A stretch of DNA of 45,054 bases, filler included, from Streblomastix strix (taxonomy: Eukaryota), in NCBI GenBank assembly GCA_008636045.1. It is 2 parts of 2 records of this genome, joined end to end, with 100 filler letters (N's around TTAATTAATTAA, not from the genome) between each part and the next. Parts side by side here need not be neighbours in the genome. Positions count along the whole stretch, not along the records: positions 1 to 22,508 come from SNRW01000319.1; positions 22,609 to 45,054 come from SNRW01000320.1. The stretch is one strand, 5' to 3'. Below are positions 15,001 to 26,169 of this stretch, in pieces. Each line of letters starts with the position of its first letter. Position 1 is the stretch's first letter. A program made the position numbers and the translations under genes. Under the pieces are notes generated by a model, which saw only the letters and a program-made list of their open reading frames with translations, ran no database searches and was not told where the DNA came from.

Positions 15001-18000
15001 GTGTTATTGAATTTATTAATATTATAATTTGATTGTGTTAATGGAATATTTATAGCCATATTTCCACTAACAACGNNNNNNNNNNNNNNNNNNNNNNNNN
15101 NNNNNNNNNNNNNNNNNNNNNNNNNNNNNNNNNNNNNNNNNNNNNNNNNNNNNNNNNNNNNNNNNNNNNNNNNNNTTTCTATTTATTTGTCAAATTTATA
15201 TTTTCAATGTTAATATTGATGCTATTTGTGTTATTGAATTTATTAATATTATAATTTGATTGTGTTAATGGAATATTTATAGCCATATTTCCACTAACAA
15301 CGAATATCAATTAAATTAAACGAGAGAATAAAGGATATATTTAATAATAAGGTGAAGGAATAAATTAATTATATAATTATGAATAGAAAGAATAAGATGA
15401 TGATGACAATTTATTTTGATCTTATTCACTTTATGTTTTTATTATTTTGCTATTTTCTGGTGAATTTTCCATTTAATCAAAATAAATGTGTTTTTCTTTA
15501 TCTTTTGCATTATAATTATTATAATTATTATTGTTCTGACATTCTTTTATTATATCAATATAACTAAATGTTAATGAATGCATTAAAGAGTAATTTGAAT
15601 AATTAATATGAAAAGAAGATGAAATTGAAGAAGGTAAGAATTTTTCAAGAAGAATATTAAAGAAATTATTGTTAGAGTTGTAAATATCATTCAGTTTATT
15701 ATTATATTTATTGAATTTTGAATATATTTGAATATTATCCAATTAATTTTTATTTAAATTAACCAAATTATCAGTTAATAAAAATCTAAATATTACTTTA
15801 ATTATTCGTGAAATAATTGACAATGAGAATGTTGGATATTATTATTGTTATTGTTAATTAGTTTATTTTAATGATTTAAACTGAATATTATCTTTATCTT
15901 TTGAATTATCTTTCTCATTCTCATTTTATTCTTATGATTATATTTATTATTATTATTTTCTTTTATTTATGGGCAGACAGCATAATAATGTAATCAATGA
16001 AGATAATCCTCCACTTTCAATAAATCTATCCCTCCATCTGAATAAAGACATTTTATATATTTCTTCTTCAGCAAATAAATAAAGTTATTATTATTAATTC
16101 TATTATTATTATTATTTTGATTATACTTTAGGAGTTTGTGAATATAATAAATTATTAGAAAGAAAAGTTGGATTTGAAGGTGAGGATGAATGAGATATTA
16201 ATTTTTATTATATTTTCTTATCTTAGTTTCTTTTTTAATTATAATCTTCATATTCTCTTTCATATTGGTATTAATATTAATAATCAGTTTCTCTTTCATA
16301 TTAATTTATATTTTCAGTTTCATCCAACATGTTCTCAATTTCATATAATGATATATTAATAATTGATCTCCATCTTGTTTTTTAAATAATTTATATTTAT
16401 TATAAATTCACATTATATTTATTTTATTACTGATTATAATCAGGAAATATAAGTGAAGTAGGAAATGAATATTATTGATATAAAGATGGAGATTATTGAA
16501 TTAATGGAGATAATGATTATAATGAAGAAATATCAGGAGATTAAGATATTATTTATGGAGAATTTAATTTTGGTGATGATATTTGATAAGGAGAATCAAA
16601 ATTATAGTGAGGATTTAATGGAGATGATTTTTATTTTGAATGTTTTGATTTTAATTTCTAAGTTTCACTAATTAATTTATTTTCTTCTTTTTAATCTTCT
16701 TTCTTTTTTGTTTATTTTCTCATCTGTTTTGAGAAAATAACTAAATTATCAGGCAAAGATTAATGAAATGATAAGAAAGGCATAAATTTCAACTGATTAT
16801 CAATTTCTTCGTTAATTATTTATATTTATTATATTTATTATGATGATAACTATTATTATATAGAAGAGAAAGATATTAATGAATAAGTAAATGAAGGAGA
16901 TGGAGTTTTAATTGGATAAGGATTATTATGAATTAATAATTGAGATTGACTACGAGATCTGGAATAAGATGGAGATGATTATTATTATTATTCAATGTTT
17001 AATAAAAGTGGTTTTGGTGCAATTGGTTTGATAGACTTTTATAATTTGGAATCTAAATTATCAATATTTTATTATGAATTAAGATTAAATGATGATGAAG
17101 ATGAAGAAGATGATGTTGATTATTGAGATGGAGAATGTTTGTGTGAAATTTATTATTTATCTGAATTATTTGACATACCAAGAGTTAATGCATTAAGCAT
17201 TTATGATTATCTTTTTTATTATTATTCCTGCTATTAAAGAATTAATTAGGGTTAAGAAGGAGGTGGAATTGGATGAGAAGAAGAAGAAGATATATTACTG
17301 AATATGGAAGTATTATAATTATATGAATTAGAATTAGCAATAATTGAATTAGATTAAGAATTAGATTAAGAATAAGGAAGAGGAGGTTATGGAGGAATAA
17401 TATGTTGAATTGATGTTGGTTTCTCTTTTTCTTTTTCTTTTTCTTTCTCTTTCTCATTTGTATTTAAATTAGTTGTTTATTAATTCAATATATTGAGTTA
17501 TTCCTTCTTATTCTTATGATCTTTTGTTTTCATATCTTTTGTTTATTTAATTATTATCTCTTCTTTCTTCTTTTTCATATCAATAACTTTCTTGCTCCAA
17601 ATCCACATCATTTTAATTTATATCCGAATTTATCTTTATTGTTAAACTGAAAATAATCCTTGTTCAAATTATGAATTAGAATTTATAGATTAAATTGGTA
17701 AGGGTGGAATTTAATTTGCATTTGAATTGTCATTATTTAGATTGTTATTTAAATTAGGAATTGGAAATATCAAATTCCAATTAATTCCTTTTCTTGAAGA
17801 TTGAATTAAATTCAGAGTTAATAATTCATATGAAAACAAAGAGAATAAATTTGATGTTTTGTTGAATAATAAAGGACATTATTATTATATCATAAATAAT
17901 GAAGATAGAAATGAATTTGGAGTTGGAAGAGAAAAAGGTTAAATTGAAGATGATTATTAAGTAGAATTAAACAATGAATGAAATATAGTAGTTTATGAAG

Positions 18001-21000
18001 TAGAAAATGTTGATAATGTAATTTCAGCTGGAGTCAATTCAGTGTTTTAATTTTCATTATTTTCATTGTTTGTATTTACAAATATTTCATCATCATATTT
18101 AATTTAATTTCCATAGAACAAATTCTTATGAGTTAATGGATCAAGAAATAAAGGATTTAATGAACTAAATCGATATTAATTCCATTTTCTTCTTTTTTAG
18201 ATTCTGATTCTTTATTTATTTAATCTGATTCTTTCTAATTTTTATTATTTTTTCAATTTTCTCTCTTGTAATTTATCATTATTTTGTTTGCTTTAAATAT
18301 TTTTAATTGATTTTTAGGATGAGGATAAAGATAATAATGAAAATGATGACAAAGAAGATGTAGTTTCATCAGGATTATTGTCTGTATCAATTATTTAAGG
18401 TAGAATATTAATACTTTAACCTATTAAATCTTTTTCAATATTTTCAGATTTTTCAATAATTTAATCTTTTAGAATATTTTATTCTTTTTAATCAATTTAT
18501 TCTTATTCAAGTTATAATTCAGTGAGATTCATTAAATCATAATCACTTTCATGGCTTGAAAATTCTTAATCATTTGAAATTAATTCATATTTTTCTTTTC
18601 TTTTCTTCTTTCTCTTCTTCTTATTAATATTTTTATTTTATTTATTCTTCATATTTTGATTTGAAGCCTATGAAGATGAAGATTCACTTGAATTAGTGTT
18701 TGTGGTTGTTGAACTTGAAGATGAAGAAGATGAAGAAGAAGAAGATGAATCTGTTTCATTATTTTCTTATTTCTTTTCAATTACATTTGTATTATCAATC
18801 AAATTTAATTTTATCTTTTCTTTTTCTTTCTCAATTTATTATTCATCATTTGTTTATTTAGTAATTCCTTATACATTATTAATCGCATCTATTTAACTTT
18901 TTATTCTTTCTTATCTTCTTAATATTCTTCGTGCTTCACTTTTCAATTCTTCATTCAATAATTAAATTGACTTTAGATTTAATACTTTTGCATATTATTC
19001 TAATTTCTAATTTTCTTCTTCTTCTTCTTTCTTCTTTTATTTATCAATCATTTTCTATAATTTCCGATCAATTTTCATTTGTTTTCTAATAAACTTTGAA
19101 TTTGGAACTGTAGCAATAATTTTTTCAATTTGTGATTTATTGTATTGTTAAAATATTAAATTTCTATTAAATGTTATATCAAGAGCATTTTGAAGTAGAT
19201 CATTATTATTTTATATTAATTAATAAATGCTTGAACTCTTATTACTACTATTACTGGCAATAGATAATTTTGAAGTTGATGAAGATTTATTCAATGTTTG
19301 TTTATTTTCATCAAATTTCTCTTTTTCTTTCTTTTTGTCTTATATTTTATCTTTCTGATTGTCTTTTTATTTATTTTTATCATTCTCTTATTCTTTATTT
19401 ATTATATTGATTGTTTCTTTTTATTTTTTTACTTATCTTAAATAAATTCCAACTTCGCTTCCTTTGCAGTTAAATAGCTTAGATATTCTTAATCTTAAAC
19501 ATTAAATGCAATCATATTATGAAATTTATATATTATAATATTAGTTTAATGGTATTATATATATTGATATAACCACTGATGGAAGAGGTGCATTGATTGA
19601 TGTACAATATAATGGTGAAGGAAAAGAAGATTGTTTTTATATTTATTAAATTGATGTTATTGTATTTATTGATATTTAGTTTGAATATTTAATTGTTTGT
19701 TATTTTTATAGAGAATGAAGATAATGTGAAGGAAAGAATGAAGAAGAAAAAGATGAATGTAAATTTGTTTTATTGTTGATTTGAGTAATTTTGATATTTT
19801 ATTGTATTTATATTGAGGAAGGTCTATTAAATGAATTAGATGGAATATTCTGATTTGTNNNNNNNNNNNNNNNNNNNNNNNNNNNNNNNNNNNNNNNNNN
19901 NNNNNNNNNNNNNNNNNNNNNNNNNNNNNNNNNNNNNNNNNNNNNNNNNNNNNNNNNNGAAAGAATGAAGAAGAAAAAGATGAATGTAAATTTGTTTTAT
20001 TGTTGATTTGAGTAATTTTGATATTTTATTGTATTTATATTGAGGAAGGTCTATTAAATGAATTAGATGGAATATTCTGATTTGTTTTTTATTCATTATT
20101 TTATATTTATTTTCCTATTGTATTTATGTTTGTATTCAATACCAGATCCTAATTATTTTAATTATTGATGCTTTTTTATTGTTGCTGTTATATTAATTAT
20201 AATTCTTTATCAACAATATCAAATGGATTGTGTTTCTATTTGCATAACTACAATAAATAAAACAATATTGTCATTGCATTTGATGCCCTATTATGCGCAT
20301 GTCTGAATTCAATTGGAGCAAATTATGCTAAACCAGATTAAACATATTACTAAATCTATTATTATTAATTAATATCAATGTTACTGATAATATTATTATT
20401 TTAATTATAAATAGATGTTGATGTTTGCATATTACTTCTGTCAAATATCACATTTTCATCTTCTTCCATATTATTATTATTGTTGTTGTTCAATTCTTAT
20501 TTATCAATCTTTTAATTATCTTATTCATTATTATTCAATTTTTATTTATTTTATTAATTTATTTATTAGAAATAATATGGAGAATAAAAAGAGGAAAAAG
20601 GTAAGTCAACAAATGAAGCTAAATGAGAAATAGCTTCAACACATCTATGTATAGCATCAATTAATAATCTTTTATTTATTATTATTGTTCCATCTTCTAA
20701 TTAATTATATTGTTCTTATTCTTATTCTTATTCTTTATTCTTAATCTAATTTATTTTTTATTCATCTTTATTTATTTGTTCTTTAATTGAATCTTTCTTT
20801 CTCTTATTTATATTATGCTTCTTGCTAATAATAACATCATTATTTTGTGCATATTTTATTGCATTGAGGATATTTCCATTATCAACAATTACAATTTCTT
20901 CATCAATTTTAACATCATCATCTTCTTCTTCATCTTCTTCATCATCATATTATTCTTCTTCTTCATCATCAAATTACTTTTCATCAATTTATTTTGATAA

Positions 21001-22508
21001 AACAATTTTCTTATCATCTTGAATTAACTATTCACCAATTTATTTTGATAAAACAATTTTCTTATCATCTTGAACTAATTATACATCAATTTATTTTGAT
21101 TTTTCAATTTTCTTATTTTCTTTTTCTTATTTCTTTTTATCTTCTTATTTTTATTCATCTTTCTTTACTTTATTTTTATCTGATTCTTTAATTTATTCTT
21201 TTTCTTTAATTTATTCATTTTATTTGTTTTTATCTTTTTATTTCTCTTTAATTAATTCTTTCTCTTTTTCTTTCAATTGAGTTTTCTATTTATCTTTATC
21301 CTTTTCTTTATCCTTTTCTTTAACTTTATTATTTTCTTTATTATTTTCAGTCACTTTTTCTTTTTCTTTCCATTTTTCCTTTTCTTTTCTACTTTCTTCT
21401 TCATTCTCAATTACTTTCATTGTTTCATTTTCAATATTTTCTTTCAATGTTTCATTTAATTAAGCTTCTTTTCTTTCTTTTTATTACATTTATTCATTTT
21501 CTGATGTTTTCTTATCATCTGCTTATTTTTATTTTTCTTTCTTTCTTTTCACAAATTTTCTTTATCCAATTTTATTCACAATTTTAGGAATAATTAACTC
21601 AATTAAAAATTCCATCGCTTCATTTAATTACAGATTTCCAATTTAATTACAATTTCTCCATCCATTCAAATTATTAATTAATTATAATATTTATTATTGT
21701 TTATTTATTAGTAATTGTTGTTATTATTGTAAATATAATTAATATTCTTATTATGAAGGAGAAATATAAGATTATGAGGGTGATTTTTATAATTAAACAT
21801 TTAACGATAATTTTTATTCTTTATTTTATTCTTCTTTTTATTCTTCTTCATCTTCAAACTAACCAAATTCAGTTCTGAATAATTATATTAATCCAGGTAA
21901 TAAACGAATTTATTATTATTGTTATTAATTATCGGGTATTCCCCATCCTTTTGCAATTCTTTATAATAGTTTATATTCTTCTTATTAATATTACCATTCA
22001 ATACGTTATTATTATTATTACTGTATTTATAATTACTTAACAATAAATTATTGTTATTGTTATTGTTATTCATTCTATGCTTTTTGAGGAAGAAATATTT
22101 ATTATTAATAAGAAGAAGAATTTGGAGAATCAAAAGAAGGAGAAGAAGGAGAAGATTAATTCTGTTTTGGAGAAGATAATAATTAATAAAGTATTGGAGA
22201 TTTAGAAAATGATCTTTTGGGGTTTATTATTGTTTTATGACTTTCATTTGGTGTTAATAATTAATTATCATCAATTGATTATTATTGTTATTATTTTTAT
22301 AATAAATCTTTTTCATCTATTTTATCTTCTTTTATGTTATTTTCAATTTATTTATTTTATTCTTATATTTTTATCTCTTTTATTTCATTATCATCAAAAC
22401 TTGGCCAATTTAATGCTGCTTCCCAAATTAAATCATATCCAACAATTTCTGATCTTAACTATAATTATATTTCAGATATTGATTATTATTTATTTTAATC
22501 ATTTTTAA
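1..22508 (-). CDS. Giant partial ORF (~7,350 codons under code 6, open at both ends); USP9X/USP24/USP34-like deubiquitinase N-terminal helical/UBL region with massive low-complexity insertions
   Basis: One minus-strand frame is open with TAR=Gln at every spot checked (about 3-480, 3540, 4140, 6120, 7860, 9240, 11280, 12840, 16000, 17760, 19450, 20280, 21600, 22440). The frame shifts by exactly the 227 nt of artefactual duplication plus Ns at each gap. Ordered motifs: EIVGYDLIWEAAL (22411-22449), EAMEFLIEL (~21610), YDCIQCLRLRISKLF (~19480), WRDRFIESGGLSSLITLL (~16000), FIFDIATSG (~4200), FIIENDQEEVRHRA (~3570). Not every codon was checked for TGA; the family call is from recalled motifs. Confidence 0.6.
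14665..14770. repeat. Degenerate 15-bp tandem repeat (about 7 copies) encoding EKEQK-like units inside the giant ORF
   Basis: Repeated ttttattctttttct-like units; period is a multiple of 3. Confidence 0.7.
14949..15302. other. Scaffold gap (100 N, 15076-15175) flanked by a 127-bp direct duplication; assembly artefact
   Basis: 14949-15075 is repeated at 15176-15302; collapsing it restores the reading frame. Confidence 0.9.
19732..20085. other. Scaffold gap (100 N, 19859-19958) flanked by a 127-bp direct duplication; assembly artefact
   Basis: 19732-19858 is repeated at 19959-20085; same 127-bp length as the first gap; collapsing it restores the frame. Confidence 0.9.
20985..21119. repeat. 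51-bp tandem repeat (about 2.6 copies), an in-frame 17-aa repeat in the giant ORF
   Basis: caatttattttgat(aaaacaattttcttatcatcttgaa) starts at 20985, 21036 and 21087. Confidence 0.85.
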
Positions 22509-22608
22509 NNNNNNNNNNNNNNNNNNNNNNNNNNNNNNNNNNNNNNNNNNNNTTAATTAATTAANNNNNNNNNNNNNNNNNNNNNNNNNNNNNNNNNNNN
22601 NNNNNNNN
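22509..22608. other. Artificial contig-joining linker (44 N + TTAATTAATTAA + 44 N)
   Basis: Symmetric 100-nt spacer containing the six-frame stop linker; flanks are unrelated and each is truncated mid-ORF. Confidence 0.95.
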
Positions 22609-23999
22609 GTAACTAATATTATTGGACTTGATTTCAACTCTTTATACCCGAGTGTAATGAGCAGCTAATTCCATCCCCTAAATCCATACACTAATCATAA
22701 AATGTTCATGGTAGGAACAGTAAAAGAAACGATCAATGTTAATGAACAAAATAAACAACGTTGTTTAAATATAATTAATTCCCCAACTAGATATACTTTA
22801 GCAGGACAATTATTTATCGCAACAATTAAGGGTCATATATCTGATATTAATCAACACATTAACTTTCCACCTATTTTTAGAAATTTAACATACACTACTA
22901 ACGAGTAAACAATTGGTAGTTATACCTATAACTTTATGATGGATAATAATATAAAGGTCAATAAAGAAGAAAGAAAGCTAACTTAATTATTATCCACTCA
23001 CGATTAATTCATGTCCTTCAGTTCATATTATTTATGGTTCTTGATTGATACATGTAATTTTGTAATCGATGATATTAGTTAACTTATTTTATTTACCAAA
23101 CACGATAAATTTAATACTTTCGTTAACACATTTATGACTAAAAGAATATAAGCTATTAAATCAAACAATAAGGGGTTGGATTAATTTTGTAAAATAGTTA
23201 TGAACGCTAGTTGTGGTTATGATGGGATGAACACTGAGAAGTTTAGTAATGTAAAATTAAAATCAAAATCAGATACATTTATTTCACATCTAACCGGTAA
23301 CTTTATGAATGAACGTTAATTATCAGATAATTTATTCGCAGTCTAACTTAATACAGATAAATGTAAGTGTACAACTCCATTATAGGAAGCTTATTTTACC
23401 CTAGATAACGATAAGTATTGGTGTCTCAATTTCATATATAATTTTATGTATAAGTGCTTAGATAAAAATAGGTTTCATTCTATTGAAGGAGATACAGATT
23501 CAATGTACTTCGCAGTTGCAGGTAACATTAATTAACCGATTAATTAAGGATTTAGCCAAATTATTACTGATCAATAATTTTATGATACTAACTATAAGTA
23601 TAATTTTCCAACAACTGACGATCTAATTGAATAAAAAAGTTATTAGGATTAGCGATTGAAAAAGAAGGAGATGTAATGATAGCACTATCCCCAAAAAATT
23701 ACTATATCAACGCTAAGAAAGAAATAATTAAATTAAAGGGAATTAATTAATAATAAAATGTGATAACTAAATAAAATATATTAGATACGATTGATGGAAA
23801 AATAATGAAGTGTACAAATACTCGTCTAGGTTAGAAAGATGGAGTTATGGCCAAATTATCCCTAAATAAGAGTGGCCTAACTGGTATTCACACTAAAATG
23901 ATACTACTACCCAATAGTTAATTAGCCGTACCATTCATACATAAACTATCTGCAACTGATTATAGAGATCTTTAGCCAACAATAAATGCCGATGAATGA
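22609..23999 (+). pseudogene. polB: Protein-primed family B DNA polymerase (Polinton/Maverick or Polinton-like virus type), 3' part, frameshifted
   Basis: Code 6 translation: motif A GLDFNSLYPSVMS (~22624), motif B KIVMNASCGYDGMN (~23191; Cys where Tyr is expected), motif C EGDTDSMYF (~23485), then LLGLAIEKEG-x-MIALSPKNY and KLKGIN. One nt is missing in the A-run at 23633-23638. Ends TGA 23997-23999; many in-frame TAA/TAG; no introns. Confidence 0.88.
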
Positions 24000-24116
24000 A
24001 ACAATTTATTTAATCGAGGAATAATTAGGTATCAACTGGCCCACTATCTTCAAAACAATATGGGAGGCCGCTATAAAATATGCTTGTGAAAGTAAGATAT
24101 GTAAAGTTCGACCCAG

Positions 24117-24378
24117 CAGATAAAAGGTAGATTGCACCAACGAAATAAATTTAAAAATTATTTTTAGTTTGACCGAACATTAATTACTACGCTAACTTTC
24201 AGTCAGATAAAAGGTAGATTGCACCAACGAAATAAATTTAAAAATTATTTTTAGTTTGGGTGGAAGGTCAATTACTACGCTAACTTTCAGTCAGATAAAA
24301 GGTAGATTGCACCACTGTTTATTTTTTCAAAAAATTTGGAAAGTTTGATCGAGGGTTAATTACTACACTAACGTCAGG
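24117..24378. repeat. Three tandem ~87-88-bp repeats downstream of pPolB
   Basis: CAGATAAAAGGTAGATTGCACCA starts at 24117, 24204 and 24292; each unit has AGTTTG-(variable ~10 nt)-AATTACTAC; copy 3 is more diverged. Confidence 0.92.
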
Positions 24379-24403
24379 TAATTATAGCCAGAGAAAAGTA
24401 ATA

Positions 24404-24821
24404 TAGTGTTGGGAAAGTTGCTTCATTTTAAGTTAAATTAATGGGTTAACTTAATTAAGAAGGCTTCAAAAGCGTGGTAAAACAAAGGAAAAGAACTTAT
24501 TCTTGATTAATTTAACCTATGTTTTTATTTATTTCGTGGGGTATATTATTTCAAAATTATTTTATTGATTATTTCACCTTTGTATTATCCAAAAAAGAAG
24601 CGAGAAAACTACTTATTTATGCGAGAAACATAATTTACATTATTTTATGGGGAGAAATGAATCATTGTCGAGATCCAATGCGAGAGACGAAGCAATGTTG
24701 GGACAAAGGTTAAATTAATCAAGAATCAGTTCTTTTCCTTTGTTTTACCACGCTTTTGAAGCCTTCTTAATTAAGTTAACCCATTAATTTAACTTAAAAT
24801 GAAGCAACTTTCCCAACACTA
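24404..24821. mobile_element. 418-bp non-autonomous Tc1/mariner-type MITE with ~115-bp TIRs and TA target-site duplication
   Basis: 24404-24518 is the reverse complement of 24707-24821 with 1 mismatch; TA at 24402-24403 and 24822-24823; terminus TAGTGTTGGGAAAGTT resembles Tc3-type ends; no transposase inside. Confidence 0.9.
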
Positions 24822-24891
24822 TACTACTGCTGCTCATTAAGCTATCAATTCAGACTATTTTTTGACAACTTCATATACATGAATCGAATGT

Positions 24892-25500
24892 TCAATTTCC
24901 GGTGAAATTCCGTGTATCCATAATTTCAACTTTACCATCACTATTTATGTTATAATTAGCTTATTTAGATTATTCATATTGCATATCAAATGTTTAATTA
25001 TTAACAATAGCAGTATCTGATGGAATCTATTCAGAGCTAACAATAAATGAACTGTTATCATCAATATAACAGAAAATATTTAATGAATTTATAGCTTCAG
25101 ATCAAACTAGAGCAATCACTTTATCACTCTATTTTTGTTTCGCTTCTTCAAGATAACTTTTGAATAAATATCCATTCTGGAACAAGCTTGTCGTTGCAAA
25201 TGATGCAGTCAATATAACTCTATCACCATAAACAATCAGCTGTGGAACATTTCCACTTGTTGCTAGGAAATTTTAACTTTCTAATTAGGAATTTAAATCT
25301 ATTTTTATTGGAGTCGTAGGTGGCTCAGAAAGCTTTGAATCAATTAACACATCATCATTATCTTTCACTTATTACTGAAATGTTTATTCTCCAATAAATA
25401 CTCTTAACCCTGCTGGATAAACTTTTTATGGAAATTTTTTGTCTTTCAAGTATTCGAATTTATCTAGGAAATCGGATAAGCCTCCTGTTTCTAGAAACAT
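24892..25500 (-). pseudogene. Virus-like gene of unknown function, paralog B (~200 aa, one internal TGA)
   Basis: MFLETGGLSDF...PAGLRVFIGEQTF..VKDND...PIKIDLNSQLE...PQLIVYGDRVIL...YLFKSYLEEAKQK; internal TGA at 25102-25104; collinear with the gene at 26170-27306. Confidence 0.65.
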
Positions 25501-25555
25501 ATCATTAAAGTTATAGAAACTCTTTTAATTGTTCAAAAATAATTTACATTAGTGC

Positions 25556-26165
25556 TCAATTCAAATAATAGCATCCGTTTGTTGTGCATAGATAACGAAG
25601 AATTTGTTAATCGTAAGTATAATCTTCAGATACAAAGTTAAAAATTTGATATAGTGTCGATATTTAGCAGTATCTGTATGATACTTTGACATTGGATTAA
25701 GTAAGTACTGTCTACATTATTGATGCATTAAAACATTTCCTTGTTAGAGATAATTCAGTATCTGGTAGAATAATAGCTAATTAATCTGCGGTATCAGCGT
25801 GATCGCGATTTTTTCCTAAATGTAAGTTAAATACAATATATTTGTTATTGGCATCTCCGTTTATTGTTATGATTTAAATTGAACTATAATCAGTTTCAAA
25901 TCAAAAACCATTAATGAATTACAATTAATCCAAATTATTTTCTATCTTATAGCAAGTTGAAGGCAATTATATAAATTAATCATGTTTCATTATTACTTCA
26001 TCTATTAATGATTTAGATTTTTTATCATCAATTTCATCAATTTCTCCATTTGTGTTTCCATTATTTGGTTAATTTTTAGTTACTAAATCATTTACATAAG
26101 ATTATGTTTTTTTTTAAATATTGAATTTTAATACAATATATCATTTATATCTATTTTTCCGACAT
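25556..26165 (-). pseudogene. Degraded virus-like gene of unknown function
   Basis: MSEKQIQNDILY... then a frameshift in the T-run near 26110, one internal TGA near 25901, ...YLCTTNGCYYLN-TGA; packed tightly between co-oriented neighbours. Confidence 0.5.
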
Positions 26166-26169
26166 AAAT

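Larger units (their letters stand above)
22609..24828 (+). mobile_element. Right arm of a Polinton/Maverick-like element: pPolB, subterminal repeats, putative ACTACT terminus
   Basis: pPolB is followed by non-coding repeats. Removing the MITE and one TA gives ...AGTAATACTACT|GCTGCT, matching the complement of the AGTAGT start typical of many Polintons. The left end is not in the window. Confidence 0.55.

Noticed and set aside
14949..20085. 127-bp direct repeats at both N gaps as biological repeats
   Set aside because: Identical length at both gaps, consistent with a k=127 assembler overlap, and collapsing them restores the frame
1667..22508. Many F/L/I-rich plus-strand ORFs that look like membrane proteins
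   Set aside because: They are antisense shadows of the E/K/Q/N-rich minus-strand frame and have no independent motifs
22509..22608. Physical linkage of the giant ORF and pPolB; TTAATTAATTAA as a biological site
   Set aside because: It is an artificial linker, so the two sides need not be adjacent in the genome
24117..24378. CRISPR array
   Set aside because: Only three long units, variable part about 10 nt, no cas genes, eukaryotic context
24519..24713. 64-aa ORF inside the MITE
   Set aside because: No transposase motif; chance ORF in the element core
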